A stretch of 64,000 nt of DNA from Octopus sinensis (lineage: Eukaryota). Positions 61,644-64,000 of the stretch are shown piece by piece. How positions within the stretch are numbered: the first letter of the stretch is position 1; every line of letters starts with the position of its first letter. The notes beneath the pieces are model-generated. The model was not told where the DNA came from, searched no databases, and saw nothing but the letters and a program-made list of their open reading frames with translations. Location: NCBI RefSeq assembly GCF_006345805.1, contig NC_043001.1, positions 88,226,001 to 88,290,000 on the forward strand. The letters run 5' to 3'. A program made the position numbers and the translations under genes.

Positions 61644-62114
61644 TATTATGATTATTGAGTGAGAGAGTAGCACATGCCATCAAAGTGATACTGGGGTTAA
61701 ATATACGATCCCTATATACCCATCATGACTACCCAACTGATAAAAGTACACCAGACACATGCATCACAACCATATATGTGTGATATGGTGATCGATCTCA
61801 TATCAAGATAAGCAGCACATGACCTTGCAGGTGGGGGCCACTTAGAATTTTCTTCAGGTCAAATAGCCCATCCCATTCAAAAGATCCCTGATATTGCATG
61901 AAACACACACGTTTCCAGAGGTGAATTATTCAAACCCCAAAGAATTCCTCTCAACACATAGCTACGATGTTCTCCTACTACTTCTGCTCATGATCAGAGA
62001 TGCACATATCGTCAGCCACTAAGGAATATGCTCAACTGGTTAAGGTCAAACAACTGACAAGCAGATCTGTGGTATTGAGCAGAATATTTACTGTAGCCCA
62101 TCTTTTGCACCACA

Positions 62115-62236
62115 GAGGTTGACTTTGCCTTTCATCCTTTTGGGGTTGATAAATTAAGTACCAGTAACACTGGGGTGCATGTAATCAACTAGTCCCCTTC
62201 CTCCAGATTTCAGGCCTTTTGTCTAGAGTAGAAAGG

Positions 62237-62292
<56 letters not shown>

Positions 62293-62508
62293 GGCAGTGA
62301 GCTAGCAAAATTGTTAGCATGCCAAGCAAAATGCTTAGTGGCATTTCGTCTGCCATTACGTTCTGAGTTCAAATTCCACCAAGGTTGACATTGTCGTTCA
62401 TCCTTTTGGTGTTGATAAATTAAGTACTAGTAAAACACTTGGGTTGATGTAATTGACTAGTCCCCTCCCACAAAATTTCAGGCACGGTGCTTTTAGTAGA
62501 AAGGATTA

Positions 62509-62510
<2 letters not shown>
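62115..62510 (+). mobile_element. Two tandem SINE A copies, each ending gtagaaaggatt(ATT)n
   Basis: 62115-62240 and 62290-62510. Confidence 0.85.
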
Positions 62511-62581
<71 letters not shown>

Positions 62582-62766
62582 CATTATTATCATGTTGTAT
62601 TATTATTATTATATTATTATATTTTATTTTATTATTACATTAAGGAGCCAAAATGGTAGAATCTTCTTCTTCTTCTTCTTCTTCTTCTTCTTCTTCTTCT
62701 TCTTCTCTTCGTCTTCGTCGTCGTTGTCATCATCATCATCATCATCGTTATCATCATCATCACCAC

Positions 62767-62826
<60 letters not shown>

Positions 62827-62830
62827 TTAA
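62500..62830. repeat. (ATT)n-(CTT)n-(CAT)n triplet array
   Basis: Direct inspection; (CAT)n is the tail of the RTE fragment at 62825-62990. Confidence 0.95.
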
Positions 62831-63134
62831 TTTGGGTGGTTTGACAGGCTCTGGGGAGCCACAGGGTTGTGCTAAGTTCTTGTGTCAACTTTGGCATGCT
62901 CTTCCTAATGCCAATCACTTTTCAGTGTGCATTGGGTGCTTTTTTTCATTTTTCATGCCACTGGCACTAGTGAGGATGCCAAGTAACTTGGCGAAACAGA
63001 AAAAAGAACAGGGAAAAGGAAAACGAAAAAGTTCCATCTTCTAAGTGTATGTGTAGGGTGGGGATTTGAAAGAGAGGGTGGTTTCATGCCAGGTATTGAA
63101 AGGCTAATGCGTGATAGGACAAATACACATGTCT

Positions 63135-63366
63135 TATTTCTTTATTGCCGACAAGGGCCTAAACATAGAGGGGACGAACAAGGACAGACAAATGGATTAA
63201 GTCGATTACATTGACCCCAGTGCGTAACTGGTACTTAATTTAACAAACCCAAAAGGATGAAAAGCAAAGTCGACCTCGGCGGAATTTGAACTCAGAATGT
63301 AACAACAGACGAAATACCGCTAAGCATTTTGCCCGGCATGCTAACGTTTCTGCCAGCTCACTGCCT
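63135..63366 (-). mobile_element. SINE family A, long-tail subtype
   Basis: Reverse complement of 41785-42015. Confidence 0.88.
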
Positions 63367-63469
63367 TATACAGAGGAGATATATGGTTACCCTACATTAT
63401 ATAGGGAAGGATAGGGTAGCTGAGAAGGGGATAAAAAGAAGTAATGATGAAGTACCAGATATTAGGAAG

Positions 63470-63720
63470 TGGAGGCGCATGGCTCAGTGGTTAGGGTGTT
63501 GGATTCATGATTGTAAGATTGCAGTTTTGATTCCTGGGCCAGGCAATGCATTGTGTTCTTGAGCAAAACACTTCATTTCACTTTTCTCCAATCCACTCAG
63601 CTGGCAAAAATGAGTAATTCTGCGACAGACCAGTGTTCCATTTAGGTGGGGAATATTTATACCATGGAAACCAGGAAACAGCCCTTATGAATTGGCTTGA
63701 TTTGAGAAAGAAACTTTACT
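63470..63720 (+). mobile_element. tRNA-derived SINE family D
   Basis: A box tggctcagtggttagg, degenerate B box gttttgattcc, then gtgttcttgagcaaaacacttcatttcac. Confidence 0.8.
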
Positions 63721-64000
63721 TTAGATACTAGGAACAGACCTTTTTTGTAATACATTGTTAATTCTTACATGACATAATAGCAAAATGGGTGCCGTCAGTT
63801 GACTCTATCCTTCTTTATTATAGTTGCATCAGTGTCTTGATAAACCATTGTTATGATATAACTAACATTGGCAATATCAGGATGAAAGCAGGATTTGAAT
63901 CAAAACTTAAAGGAATGTAACTAAATACTTCCAAATATTTCATTTGATGTCTTGCCATCTATTATAGTATTGATTTATGAAAATGGCACAAGGCCACAAA

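Noticed and set aside
13-63044. Numerous 60-240 aa ORFs rich in YI, VC, HT, IYLS or poly-I/S/H/V/G
   Set aside because: They are translations of di-, tri- and tetranucleotide microsatellites
63470-63550. tRNA gene
   Set aside because: A/B boxes belong to a SINE head; no cloverleaf and continues into SINE body

Overview
AT-rich, microsatellite-saturated animal DNA. The SINE, LINE and microsatellite make-up looks like an octopus (cephalopod) genome; this is pattern recall, not a database result. No host gene could be supported, and almost all listed ORFs are microsatellite artefacts. The window contains a young, nearly intact RTE-clade LINE (10.4-14.9 kb, minus strand) with a PHD-type zinc finger inserted inside its reverse transcriptase, plus several decayed RTE copies. 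It also holds DD37D (maT), DD34D (mariner) and pogo/Tigger transposon remnants, a truncated Gypsy element (LTR-gag-protease), a solo-LTR-like promoter block and many tRNA-derived SINEs. The most striking signal is a set of fold-back (inverted-repeat) elements sitting in or against (TA)n tracts, many carrying type I hammerhead ribozyme motifs. The best example is an apparently perfect, spacer-less 782-bp palindrome (19836-20617) with a complete hammerhead in each arm. The architecture matches Penelope-like-element pseudo-LTRs or retrozymes, but no GIY-YIG/RT partner ORF is present here.
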